Assembly: GCA_965153455.1 (NCBI GenBank)
Contig: OZ234493.1
Span: 26,774,213 to 26,838,212 of the forward strand
Source: Sphagnum compactum
Taxonomy: Eukaryota
Length of the DNA stretch: 64,000 bases
Direction: 5' to 3'
The notes beneath the pieces are model-generated. The model was not told where the DNA came from and did no database searches. It saw only the letters and a list, made by a program, of their open reading frames with translations. Below, piece by piece: positions 40,292 through 53,400 of the stretch (position 1 is its first letter; every line of letters begins with the position of its first letter). Made by a program: the position numbers and the translations under genes.

Positions 40292-40806
40292 TGACGCGCT
40301 CCCAAGTTCCTTGTTAGACCCAAGTTGGGTCCAAAGAAGTCAAACAACGGAATTTTTTGGATCTTGGTGCACGCTCCCAACTTCCAGCACTAAAAGGGGT
40401 AGAGGGGCGTGCTGAAGCTTCGGGGTTAGACTAGGGCGAGGGACAAGCTTTACTTAGTTACTCAAACCTACATCAAACCAACCAACAAGTTGGTTAGTTC
40501 ACATTTCAGTGCTAGAACAAGCCATGAGCGACCCTGGACTCACATGACTCACCACAGCCCGGACTTGGGGGAAGCCACCACCTTCCCTCATATAGTATTC
40601 TCTGCGTTACTCCACGACACCTACATCCAAATGGCTCTTTTTCCCGGGACTCCCAAGGAGGAGTCTTGAAACTGTCCCGATTTGGACTCCCAAGACTTTG
40701 GGAGTTCATAACTCCTTGCACAGACCTCCAATTAAGATGAGGTTTAAAGGAAACTTGTAGATCTCCTCAAGAGCTTTCCAACGGTATGTCGCACTCCACC
40801 TGTACA
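40292..40806 (-). mobile_element. Truncated family-A LTR abutting the host gypsy protease region
   Basis: Begins TGACGCGCTCCCAAG and is colinear with 61427-~61940; the other terminus and TSD are missing. Confidence 0.85.
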
Positions 40807-41199
40807 TTGTCCCTTCTAAACCCAATTTGTTGTAATTTGTTTGAATTTTCAACAACAAAATTGATTCAAAATTCAATATCTTCGACACCCTAAATATGAA
40901 AATTATGAAATAAATTTCATTAAATCTAACTTGGCGATTACTTTCCAACAACACAAAGTACACCTTTAGATTCAAGTAAAATTTCTACTTATGATTTTAT
41001 TAATGTTTATTAAAAAAAATGTTTCAATAATCAATAACCTTTGCATTGTAGCTCCAAAAAATTTCAACCCAAGTCAATGCACCCTTACTCATTGTTAGGT
41101 TTTCAAAGATATCAATAGCATTATATGAAGTAATTTGGTTTGGGAAATTTCAACATGATAAAATAAAACAAAAAAAATTATCTACCTTCATTAATAGAT

Positions 41200-42220
41200 T
41201 AAATTACGTGTAAATTATCTTTGTATAAAATGAATGGTTATGTATGATGCAAATTTTTTTGTGCACACAAATAATAAAATTTGATTGAAGGAAATTGAAA
41301 GAAATTTTGAAATATAAATTTGTAATAATGTGCATGTTCAATACACCTAATTATTATTTATATGTAAATTGGATTTTAGTTTACAACATATCAAGTAATG
41401 ATACATAATTAATATTTTTTGTGGAACTCTAATGCTTATTAATTTTCATAGACATGATATCTTAATATTTTCTTTAAATTGCAATTCATTAAACTACATG
41501 TAAATTCTATTTGTGCAAATGAATGCTTATGTATGATGCAAATATTTTTTGTGCATCTAAATATTGAAATTTAATTTCAGAATAAAATTTAAGGAAATTT
41601 TGAAATATGAGTTTGTAATAATGTAAATTCAATATATGTAATTTATTTTTTTTTGTAAATCAAATGTTAATTTACAAAAAATCAAGTAATGATACATAAT
41701 TCATAATTTTGTGGAAGTTTAATGTTTATATTTTTATACGTATGATGTCTTAATAAAAATATTATATATGTTAATATTTTATTACAATAAAAATTCATTA
41801 ATTATTAAGGTACATGTAAATGTTTTTTGTACACATGAATGATAACATGTATGATGAATTTTTTTGTGCATATAAATATTACACTTTAATTTGAAAATAA
41901 AATTTAAATAAATTCTGAAATATAAGTCAACTTAATAATGTGTATGTTCAATACATGCATAATTTATAATTTCTATGTAAATTCAATTTTAGTTTACAAA
42001 ATATCAAGTAAGGATATGTAAGTAATATTTTCTTGGAATATATTCAATACACATGTAATTTATTATTTCCATGTAGATTCAATTTCAATTTACAACATAT
42101 CAAGTAGGATATTTAAGTAATATTTTTTTGGAATATGTTCAATACACGTGCAATTTATTATTTCCATGTAGATTCAATTTTAGTTTACAACATATCATGT
42201 AATGATACATAATTAATATT
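41200..42220. repeat. AT-rich tandem array of three ~290-310-bp units plus ~95-bp subunit duplications
   Basis: gaatg..tgtatgatg.aa.ttttttgtgca at ~41231, 41521 and 41837; ttcaatacac..atttattatttccatgtagattcaattt repeated at ~42042 and 42138. Confidence 0.75.
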
Positions 42221-42899
42221 TTTAAAGATTTAATTTTTATTCTAATTTTCTATTAGTTCCAATAATTTTATCATTTATTAAAATTCCTTATTTATTTATT
42301 TATTTATGATTAGATTATAATATTTTAAAGAATAATTAATAAAAGATACTTAATAAATTATCATATACTTTCAATTTTGTTTTTATGTAACACTACTATA
42401 TTATAAAATATTTTTCTTATTTAATGTTTACTATAATAGGTCATTTAATAGTTCCAACAAGTTAGATAAAAATATGACTAAAAATAGTTAAATAACTAGC
42501 CTAACCCAACTATTAGCTACATTATTATTATTAATGTTGTTGTAATTGTCGTCAATTATTAATTATCACAACATTATAATAATTACTGTAATTAAACTAT
42601 CATTTAAATTTTATTATTGAATATTTATATTTGAGTTAATTATTTGTTTTATGAAATTTTAATATGAATTTCGAATTTTAAAAAATTCAATGATAATTAA
42701 TTATTTAATAAATGAATAGATTTAATTGTTTATTTTTTGAATAACTAATCACCATATTATTTAATAAACGATGATAATATGTTTAATTGTTTAATTATAC
42801 AACTATATAGTTTAAAATAATTGATGAAAATTTACCATAAGTAATTAAGGGAAATAGCTAGACCTAAGCTAGGTAGATTATTAGTTTAGGTCTAGGCCT

Positions 42900-45800
42900 A
42901 ACTAAGCTTATATTAGCTTGTACAACTAGATTACAACTATTTGAGTTGCAATTAGGTTGCAATTGGGTTGTAACTAGGGGTAGACAACAAATGGTACACT
43001 GTCATCAAACACTTTCAAGTTTTCCTTCATTTCAACACCAAATTCAACATTTTTTATGTTATTGGAAGCGCAAAACATAGTGCTACAAATGGGTTTTGAA
43101 CTTCAAAAGCAAAGGAACATAGCAAAGAATGCAAGAAGAGAAAAAATGATATTTTGTCTCTAAACCCCCTTTATTTCCAGCAACTATATCTTGTTCATTT
43201 CTCATTCATTTTGAACAATTTCAAAGGTTACATGTGCGCTATCTCAAAATCTATAAAACTTGTTTAAAGTGAAAAATTAAAAAAACAATAGTTGAAGAGC
43301 TTAAGCTTCAAAATCATATTAAACATTTATGAAAAAATCCAAAGTACAACCCCCTTCACTTTGAAAGGGCATATCTTGCTCATTTCCCATTAGATTGTAA
43401 CGTGTTTTATAGATTTGGATAGGCCAGGTGGAGGACTACAAAATTGTTTTAAGTTTCAAAAGGAACAAACCATGGACAAGAAAGTTATAATGATCCAATA
43501 TCATTAAGTGTTCGATGATAGGTGTGTTTACTTTAGGTCACAACTAAAATCTTTATCCCATATTTTCAATTTCCATTCCATGAATGCAAACTATATAAAG
43601 GAATGCACTAGGATTATTGGAGAACACAATAAACATGAAAATTTAATAGCCATTTGGGATGAGCCAATAAAAAAGGTTCAACTAAATGGAATAGGATTTT
43701 ATTTATTAATTGCCATGTGGTTTAGGTCTAGGCCTAACATAGGTGCCTAGATCTAGCCCTAACTTAAGCCTAATTAAATGGCCTATGTTTAGGTTTAAAC
43801 TAAGTGTTTAGGTTTAGACCTAACCTATGCTTAAGCACCATGTGGCTTAAAATATTGATATGGGTGTGCCACGTGTCAACATTATGAGTGTGCCACATGT
43901 CACCAAACCATTGGCCAAATGTTCGATTTACATAGTTGCAACATAGTCGAAATGTTCAACTTACATAGTTGCAACCTAGTTGAAATTGTAATTATATTTT
44001 TGGCTGATGTCATGCTTAGTTAGCATATGAAGTTCATCCATTAGTGGAATGTAGTTGACAACATCCCTCAACTATATTGGTTTTAAAAATTTCAACTAAA
44101 TTGGCAAGTAGTGGCACGTAATGGCTATTGATGTGGTGTTGACATGTGGCATACATTTTCAACTGTAATTTCACTCTCGACTTGTACTTTTCGACATTAT
44201 TGGTTAACAATTGCAAAAAATATTTCCCAATTGCAAAAAATGAATTACAACTATATGTGCAGTTTTCAACTTTGTTTGTAGTTGAACAATAGTTGAAAAC
44301 GTAGTTGCAAAAGGGGGGGGTTTCTACTAATGGTCACATCATCATGATTAAAAAACCAACAAGAATTTAAAATTTGAAACTAACAAAGTTGTCTAATCAG
44401 TCCCTATCCTAAATGCTTGTTCATTCGAAAACATGTAATCATCCAACCCCTTTAACAATAGAGCTTTTCAATTTATTGTCTAGAAAGATTAGGTAGGCTA
44501 GGTAACCCATCGCTTCTGTTTTCTTTATATTATAAGTAAATTCTCAAGGTTATTCATACAACTTGTTTATTTCATGTTGGTTTTTTCAAACATGAACAAT
44601 TGTGAATGAAACAACAAAAGTTATAAAGTATTTATGAAATAAAAAGCAAGCTTCTTTTAGTATATGGTGCATGTTGATTGCCTTACTTATGACTATAATA
44701 CTTATACTTAATGTTCCCATATTTTAAAATGCATGTAATTTTATGTGAATTTAGTGTTGATACATACAATGTTGGTGGGGGTTTGGGGCCGATAGGCATG
44801 TGCAAGCCAATTGGGAGCATTGATATTAATCTACTTGGATAGAATATTGCTTTCCTTAAAAGTATTCAAGTAAACATGCAATTAAGTTTTTTACATATGC
44901 TCATCTAAGAAAAGATCTTGTGGAACATTTATAATTTCCAAATGATTTATAGTTTACCAGTAAAATGTCTTTATAATGTTTATATGGAATTTCAAGCACA
45001 TGATATTAGGCAAGAACAATCTAGTTGTCTTAATGAATTTGGTAGCTTGGAAAGATTGAATATTGGATCTCCAAGATTTCACATCATAACTGGTTATAAT
45101 GGATAATTGCCTTTTCATTGGCATCACGGTTGTTGGTATTTTCAAAGTTGTGGAAACCATCAAGCTCTTTGTGTGATGGTTGCAGGAGATTATTTATGGA
45201 CATTTATCATCAAGGGTGCACAATGATGTGGCAAAACCTTGTCCCTTGGCCCTATTGGAATATTAGATAATATGCAATTACAAACTTCCATTGGTTTGGT
45301 ATGTGAATTGGTCTGTTTTTAAACTATTAGTTTGAAAGTGAATTAGATTAAGAAATCACATATTTGCAACTGCCTAGCTATGTGGCCTTTAAATGGTATA
45401 TTTTGAGTTTCCTTTAGTTTGACATTTGAATTAAAACAATGTAGAATAGATGTATGTTCATGATATCATTTTACAACTATTTTTGCACTTACACCATTAA
45501 CATCTTTTGAATTCCAATAAAGGTTCAACTCAATTCCAACTACATTATAGTCGATTGGTCAACTCAATGTCAATGGTAGATGGTAGAAATGAGATTAGAC
45601 GTGTTATCTTTTATTCAACTATCCACCAATGTAGTTGTTGAATGGTCGTTATGTTGACTTGATCTCTACTATGGCTCGACTGTCATATGAGAGTGTGAAT
45701 GGACCATGTGTCGCCCTGATATTAGCCCAAACACCAAATCATCTAGTTGTAACATAGTTGACCTTGTAAGTCAATCTCTACTACAACTCGACTAATCCTT

Positions 45801-46315
45801 CAACCATATTCAATCACCACACATTAGTTCACCATTGGCCAAATGTTTTGTTCCTCAAGGTTGTAAAATAATTGACCTTCAAATTAATTCTTTATTGTGG
45901 GTTAACTGATGGTGTAATGTTGTGGGTGTGCCACACGTTAGTTCACCACTGGCCAAAATCTCCAACCAACATAATTCAAACATAGTCAAAATTGCAATTA
46001 AGTGTTAGCTAACATCACATCGAGTCAATGGATGAAGTTCATGCATAAGTCAAATGCAATTGACAACATCCTTTGACTAAATTAATATACCAATTTTCAA
46101 CTAAATTGGCAAGTAGTGACACATACTGGCTATTACTATGGTGTTGACATGTGGCATACACTTTCAACTATAATTTCACTATTGACTTGTACTTGTCAAC
46201 ATTACTAGTCAAAAGTTGCAAAAAACAAGTTGCAATTATATGTGTAATTTTTGACTTGGTTTATAATTGAACACTAGTTGAAAACATAGTTGCAAAGGGG
46301 GGTTTTCTACAAGTG
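42900..46315. mobile_element. Putative decayed CACTA-like right-end region with a duplicated ~330-bp terminus
   Basis: Dense AGTTG/CAACT motifs; 43980-44332 is similar to 45985-46315; both end in GGGGG-TTTCTAC(T/A)A(A/G)TG, the second abutting a gypsy RT fragment; no matching left end found. Confidence 0.4.
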
Positions 46316-46765
46316 AAAGTACCATAAAGTGCATATTTTTGGGTTCAAGCTAATTTTAATACTCCTTGCACTTTTGAAAGCATAATCTGAAATCCTGCAA
46401 GTGAGTATCCATGTCACTATATATTGTGAATCATCCAATAATATCTTCATAAAATTGTCCATATATTCTTTGAATGCTTTGTGATAGCTTTTTGAAATGT
46501 TGGAAATCCATTCTTCATTCTAAAAAACATCACCCTCCAAATAAATGCTTTTGGATCTCTGACAAACATTATCTTATATCTATCTTCTAGAGCTATGGAC
46601 ATATGATGGTACCAATAATATCCATCCAATAATGAATATGCCTCTTATGTTGCCATTGTGTTTAGTACTTCATCTATGAATGGTAATGGGAAAGGATCCT
46701 TCTTTGTTGTTGAATTCAACTTTTTAAAGTCCAAATAAATTCTGAGTTTCCCATTTTTTTAGGTA
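46316..46765 (-). mobile_element. Ty3/gypsy RT fragment of the same Tat-like family as the 22815-40291 host
   Basis: KKDPFPLPFIDEVLN, SLLDGY..YHHMSIALEDRYK, ILDDFTI-like segment; frameshifted. Confidence 0.75.
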
Positions 46766-49657
46766 AAAGCACACTATGTTGGACTTTTTTGGATGTCACA
46801 ATGGTAGTTTTTTCTAGGTGAGTCAAGTATTATTGCATTGTATTTGAATATATTTGAGAAACTTGGCAAAAGTAAGATGAAAAATTAAAACCTCCATTCT
46901 TTCAAACCCCAAAAGGATAAACGTTCAATCCAAGGTGAACTTTACAAAGGATGGTACATCCAACGTCATAGTCCAAACAACCCAAAAAAACTATCATTAA
47001 GGATTTTTTTCTTCTAGTGGAGTTGGAAACTAAGCCTACAACTTTCTACCACCACACATTGAAGTACCATAACACGTAAGATGAAAAAATCAAGGAAAAA
47101 AGTCTATAAAAAATGTAAGATTTAAATGAAAATTTCAAATTTGTAAAGTCCATTTTAATATCTAAATTGATTTTTTCAAGGCTCATATTTTTAGAGGTTT
47201 TTTTTAAAGGTTTAAACTATGGTGGTATGAACTTGGAAATGGAAAAAAATGTGAACTTCAACACCATTTAAATGTTTTTTTTGAGAAATCATTAGATTTG
47301 GACTCCAAAAATGGACTTTGAGCTATTAATTTTAATCTAGTGTAGTGTGCTTTTACTATTATTTGGAACTACCACAATTGGTGATAGCCATGTGGCCCCC
47401 TCCATAGGTTGTATGAAACATGTTGCTAATAGTTTATCAATGTCTTGTTTCATTGTTGCACTGTGTCCAAAACTCTTAATCCACTCTTAAACTTCATCAT
47501 GTTGCACATGACCTTACCATCACCGAGGTACACGTAATTGGGTTTTCAGGGTTGACAACTGTCAAGAGAACTGAAAAAACAAAACTTGGATGCAAGTCAA
47601 AAGTGTTGCGCCCTTTTAGAATTGGCTCTAATAAACATTCCAACAGTCTTTCAGGTTGGTCCCCATCCCATTTGCTCCCCACTTAAATGTTTAATTTCAA
47701 AGTTCACATCCATGTGGGATTGTGTGCATCAAATTTCATTGAGCTGCCACAAGGTAATGTTATAGTGGTCACACTCATTGTTGTAATCTATGTTTTGGTT
47801 TGGCTAGAATTATCTTAACATTTCTTGGGTTGTATTACAGGTTCTTGTTTCTCTCCGCAATCACATTGATATACAATTTTGAGCCACAACCATGATACTG
47901 TCATGTGCAAAACCTCTGGTTTCGCAAATGTGTTGTACTTGTTAGAATGGTGCTGCATAATTTTGGGCAGGTTGTGCTAGCAACATTGTGCTATTATTGC
48001 TTAGAGTAACTCCACTAATGCTTAGTATGTGAACTTGCAAATTAAAATTGGACAAAGATAAATCAAAACATGTCGGTTTGGCCGAGCTTTCTGGCACAGT
48101 TTGCTCAGGCTAGTGCGAGGCACAGCAAAGCCTAACACCTGTTGTTGACCTGCTGTTGATTGGTTAGATAGTTTGATTGGTCCACGTGGGTTGGTATTAG
48201 TAGTCTCTCGCATATTTGCAGTCCTAGTTTTAGATTTATAGGTGGGGTTGGAAAAAAGTAAATAACTAAACTTGGATGTGAAAAATATTTTTGTAGGGTT
48301 ACATACTAAGCACCGATGGAAATGCTCTTAATCACTTTGCAAATATACTAGAGTGGGTTGAGAAAATTTGCATGAGAGCTTTCTTTTATAAATGGTAAAT
48401 GTTAGGTAATCCCCTTTTCTGTAACCTCAAAATTGCAATGGAATAGACCTACCAGCTAAACATGTTATGGTTGTTGGTGTGTTCAGAACACTAAGGTCTG
48501 CATATGGATTCCATAGAATCATGTGTTGGATTGGTTCAAATTTCCTTCTTTGCAGCAATGAATGAGCAACAATTTTGGTTAGCAATAGATTCAATTTAGC
48601 ACTAGGCTCCACTAGAAGCATTTCCATTTGAGGTGTAAACAACAGGTGCCAAGTGGTCGATGGATGTGAAAGATGTGATTGGCCATGCATACCATGATGA
48701 TGTTGATAAACCACCCAAACAAAAAACCCCCTAATTGAAAAGGAGGGTTTAGTTGTCATTTTTTGCATGAGCAATTTAAAAAATTATGGCACAAAATATG
48801 TTCTTAAAACTAATCCTTTTGCCTTTCCAAACATGCAACACTTTTCACGAATTTTCCAACCATTCATTCATTCTAATTGTAACCTTAAGAAAGATTGACA
48901 AAATATTGATCCTAATGATGTCACCCACATGTAGACTTCCTCTCCTATTTTGTCCACAACTTATGGTGAGATCTTTTGGAGCTTCAATCGTAATCTAGCA
49001 TCCATGGTGGTCAATTGATGTAGAAGAGGCCACATTACAAGGTGCTTAAGACCATACAAAGCACCAAATTCATTCAATTTTCTTCCACCATAAAATCAAT
49101 TGAATGGTCACAGTTGGTATGGGAAAATGGTCTTGTGTCTACAAAGAGTCATGTGTTCTATGCATTTGAAAATATCACTACTACCAAAGTGGGGTGTAAT
49201 TCACTAGCTTAAATCAATATGGGACCTTAAAAATGAAATAACTTCATTGCATTTTACTGATTTCACCTAGTGAAAATTATTTCATTATAATATCACTATG
49301 TAGACATCATGTTTCATTTCTAGTTAACAAAATTTACTATTACAATTTACTTTAGCAAATAGGTTTATTTTTATGTTTTTAAAAATATTCTATCTATGTT
49401 ACTTTATGATATACCCTATATTATTTTAAGCTATTTTAGTTATTCTAACCTATATTTTACATTATTATAGGCTATTATAAATTATTGTACCCTAAATTAT
49501 GATATGTTATTTTACCATAAAGTATTTTAACTAGTTTATTATAAGCTTTTAAATTATTTAAAATTAAATTATTCAACTAATTTTAGGCTATACTTTAGGT
49601 TATTTTATTTTAAATTATGTTATTTCAACTTATACTTTAAATTATTCAAGGTCATTC

Positions 49658-50401
49658 TGTAACCAAAAAGGAGGAGACCCAGAAAACAATCGGATCCCTC
49701 TCTCTGCCCTAGCAGGAGCACATCCGATCGAAACCACAAATCGACTGAGATGCACACAAACACAACACAGACTCCAGACACTAAGTCTCTGCCTGCTCAA
49801 CTTCTGATCGAATTGCACCACAACATGAATGCAGGATTCATTCGACTGAACTGTCCACTCACACAAAGCAACAGAGGCATGAAAGAAACAACGCAATTCC
49901 TCATTCACAGTTTGATATTTACAGCTTCCTCGACAGTGCAAGCGCCCACATCCCTCTTACTACCAAAATCTACCAGCTCTGTGGTGCTAGCCGAGCATCA
50001 CTATGACAGAAGCCAGGGTCTGGCCGATTGCAAATCGCAGCGGAAGAGAAAAACAACAATCAGCCTAACCTCCTCACAGAAATTCCGTCCCATCACCTAA
50101 CTGTTTTCCCAACACTCACTATCCTCTCTACTTAGCTGCCTCGCTTGGCCTCATCCCCAAGCTATCTTACTCGCGCCCATCCTCCCTCATGAATGCAGCG
50201 CCGCACTGAAATTCATGAAGCGCCGTCCTCTAGACAGCTCTTGCCATGCAGCCCATGCATACCCTAGCCATCCGAATTCCGAAATCGATCATGATCCGCC
50301 GCCACTCATGAATGAGGCGGCGAGTCTGATCCTCGTCTCAGTTCGCATCCTCTCACCGGCAAGAAGCAAAAAGAAAACCAGTGACCCGTTGTTCGGTCAC
50401 A
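49658..50401 (-). repeat. 3' LTR of the young element (TGTGACC...TGGTTACA on the element strand)
   Basis: Direct repeat of 56745-57488. Confidence 0.95.
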
Positions 50402-50408
50402 TATGTAA

Positions 50409-50421
50409 CCCCTCCCTTTTT
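50409..50421 (-). promoter_or_regulatory. Polypurine tract AAAAAGGGAGGGG
   Basis: Purine run 7 nt upstream of the 3' LTR on the element strand. Confidence 0.85.
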
Positions 50422-50442
50422 GAAAAAGCTGAGTCCCTCAGC

Positions 50443-53400
50443 TCAGTCCGGTTGAACATAATAAATTTGCAGATCGCGTCAGGACCTTTCCCATTGCCGC
50501 CCATCAGCGTCCCGGACGATGCAGATTCGACTGCCTTCTTCGAAGTCGAAATCGCCCTTGCCATCAGCATGCCCAACAAAGTGATAAGGACCTTCCCAGC
50601 TGGCACTGAGTGCTCTCCTCTTGCCTGGTTTCTTCATCTTGACCATCGAAACCCCAGCCACCAGTCCCTCAAACAAGTGTTTACCTGCTTTATGTGCATA
50701 CGTACTCTTCTGTCTTTTCTGTGCCTGTTCAACGTTGAGTAATACATCCTCATGTATGCTCGCAATAAGTTTCACCTTCTCCAGGAACTGCACCGCTGTG
50801 TCTTCCATACTAGAAGAGTCATCAATTACTTCGGTCAGATTGTTCAGGTAGTTGTCTGCCCTAAGTCGCGGCGACCTACCCGTCAGGATCATGTACGGTG
50901 AAAACTTCATGCTCGCCTACACTCCACACCGATACCCAAACAATACCTTCGCCAAGTGCTCATCCCAGCAATTCGTGTTGGCAGGGTTCGCAGCCAGTAC
51001 AGTGATGCCGTGCTTGAGTGTTTTGATCATCCGTTCAGCCATTCTGTTGCAATGCGGCCACTGTGGTGCAGTGCGCTGGTGGTGTATGGCATAATCTCTG
51101 CACATGGTTTCGAATTCTGCACCCCATCCCCCCCATTATCGGTCAGCACAAACCTGGGAACCCCGTACCTGTAGATCAGATCGTCCTCCAAAAATCTGGC
51201 AGTAGTCTGGGCCCCGTGATCAGCAACAGCTTTGGCCTCGCACCACTTCGAGTACTGGTCGATGGCCACCAGGATATACTTATTGCCTGCCCTTGTCTCA
51301 GGCAATGGACCAGCTGTGTCCAGAGCAATTCGATGGAATAAGTCACAAATCGGGATACTCTTCAGACGCTCATCCCCAGAGCGTATGCTTCCCTCACTTC
51401 TTACCAGCTGGCATTGCTGGCACGTTCTGACCATCGTCTTCACACATTCCATTTTATTGTTCCAGAAGTACCTCTGGCAGATTTCTGCCAAGGTCCTCTG
51501 CTCCCCAAAGTGTCCCAAGTCCTCATGCATCTGTGTCACCAGCCTCAGCCTATCTTCAGGTTTGGGTACATACAATTCTTTGAAGTAGAGTTTCCCATCC
51601 TTCCAGCAGTATTGCTTTGCCCTTTTTTTTACTCTCTTACTTTCCTGAACATTAACTTCTTCAGAAATAAACCCGTTCTTCAGCCATTCCATACAGACCG
51701 CATCTTCCCAGATGTCAGTTTGACTTGAATTATCGACACACGCTCCTTCATCCTCTGACCTCGCATTACTGGCCTCGGGTGCATTATCATTCCACAACCC
51801 TTGGGCAGCTAGCACTAGCTCAAGCTGCTGCTTCCTGTCATAGTACATGGTTCCACCTTTCCACATGGTCTGCTTGTCTCTGGAGAATTCCGAGTCTCGG
51901 ATTTCATTTCTAGCAGCTTCGGATCCCTCCTCAGGTGAATCAGCTTCCTCATCCGTCTGCACTTCCAACATGCACAAGTGATGTGGCTCTGACCATCTCC
52001 AGTGGTTGATGCCAAAACAACATCTGACGTGCTGCTTCGTCCCTCCTGATTGTCTCCGCAGACCAAGCCATTCCGACTGCCTGCCAATCTGGGTAGAGAA
52101 CACAATTTCAGTCATGGCAACAGAGTTGCCTTGCCCACTATTAATATCTCGGATCTCTTCACAAAAATCGTCATCATCCTTGGCCTCCCCGACTGGGTTC
52201 CGGCTCAGCGCATCCACATTAGTGTGTTTCATCCCTGGTCGATGCAGAATTTTGAAGCTGAAATCCTGCAGCAGGTCAATCCAGCGTCCCCTCCTTCCAT
52301 TCGCATCAGAGACCGTCGCAAGCCATTCAAGTGGCTTGTGATCGGTCCTCAGAGTGAAATGTGTCCGGTGGAGGTATTGCCTGAAATGCATGATGCCCCA
52401 AATTAGTGCATAACACTCCCCTTCCATGGGATGGAATTTCTTTTGCACAATCGTCAGACCTTTGCTGGCGTATGCGATAACTCTCTCCATCCTGCCTTCT
52501 CTTTGGGATAGAATGGCACCGACATCCTTCGGTGACCAATCTACATCGAGGCAAAATGGCCTCTTGAAGTCTGGTCGAGTGAGCACAGGAGCAGCCACAA
52601 GCGCTCCCTTCAGGGCTTCAAAGGCATTTTGACAACCCAGATCCCACACAAAATCAGCCTCTTTCCTTGTCAATTCAAACAAGGGAACAACCATCCGAGA
52701 GTATCCACGGATATAATTTCTGTAGTATCCAGTCAATCCCAGGAAAGACCTCATGTTCGTGACCGTCTTTGGTACTGGAAAATGAATCACAGCAGCAATT
52801 TTACTTGGGTCTGGTCTAGTCCCTTCACAGCTGACCACATGTCCTAGAAAAGTAATGCTCCTGGCAGCAAAACAGCATTTGCCTGGATTGAGTTTCAGGT
52901 TTACTTCCCTTAGTTTGGAAAGCACAGCATCCAGGTGTCGGAGATGGTCCTCCCAACATTCGCTGTGGACATTAAGGTCGTCCACAAACACCTTCAGAAA
53001 CTTATCCCCCAGATCTTTGAAAACCAGTGACATCGTCCTGGTGAATGTGCTTGTTGCATTCTTAAGACCAAAAGGCATAACAGTCCAGTCATATAGACCG
53101 GTTTTGGTGATCAGCGCCGTCTTCTTCACGTCGTCTGGGGCCATGCGAATCTGCCAAAATCCCGATTACAAGTCTAACGCACTGAACCAATTCGACCTTC
53201 CTAATTGGGATATCACATCCTCAACTAAAGGCATCGGGAATGAATCTCTCCGGGTCTGTAGATTGAGTGGTTTGTAGCCCCCACAGAATCTCATGCTTCC
53301 GTCCTTCTTCACAGGCAGGGTCACTCGACATGCGTATTCTGAGTTACTGGGCCTCATTTTGCCCAGATCCACCAATACGTCAATCTGGCGCTTCACTTCG

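Noticed and set aside
49642-50742. ORFs within or antisense to the young element's LTRs (also 56696-57499)
   Set aside because: Duplicated only because the LTRs are near-identical; no domain support.
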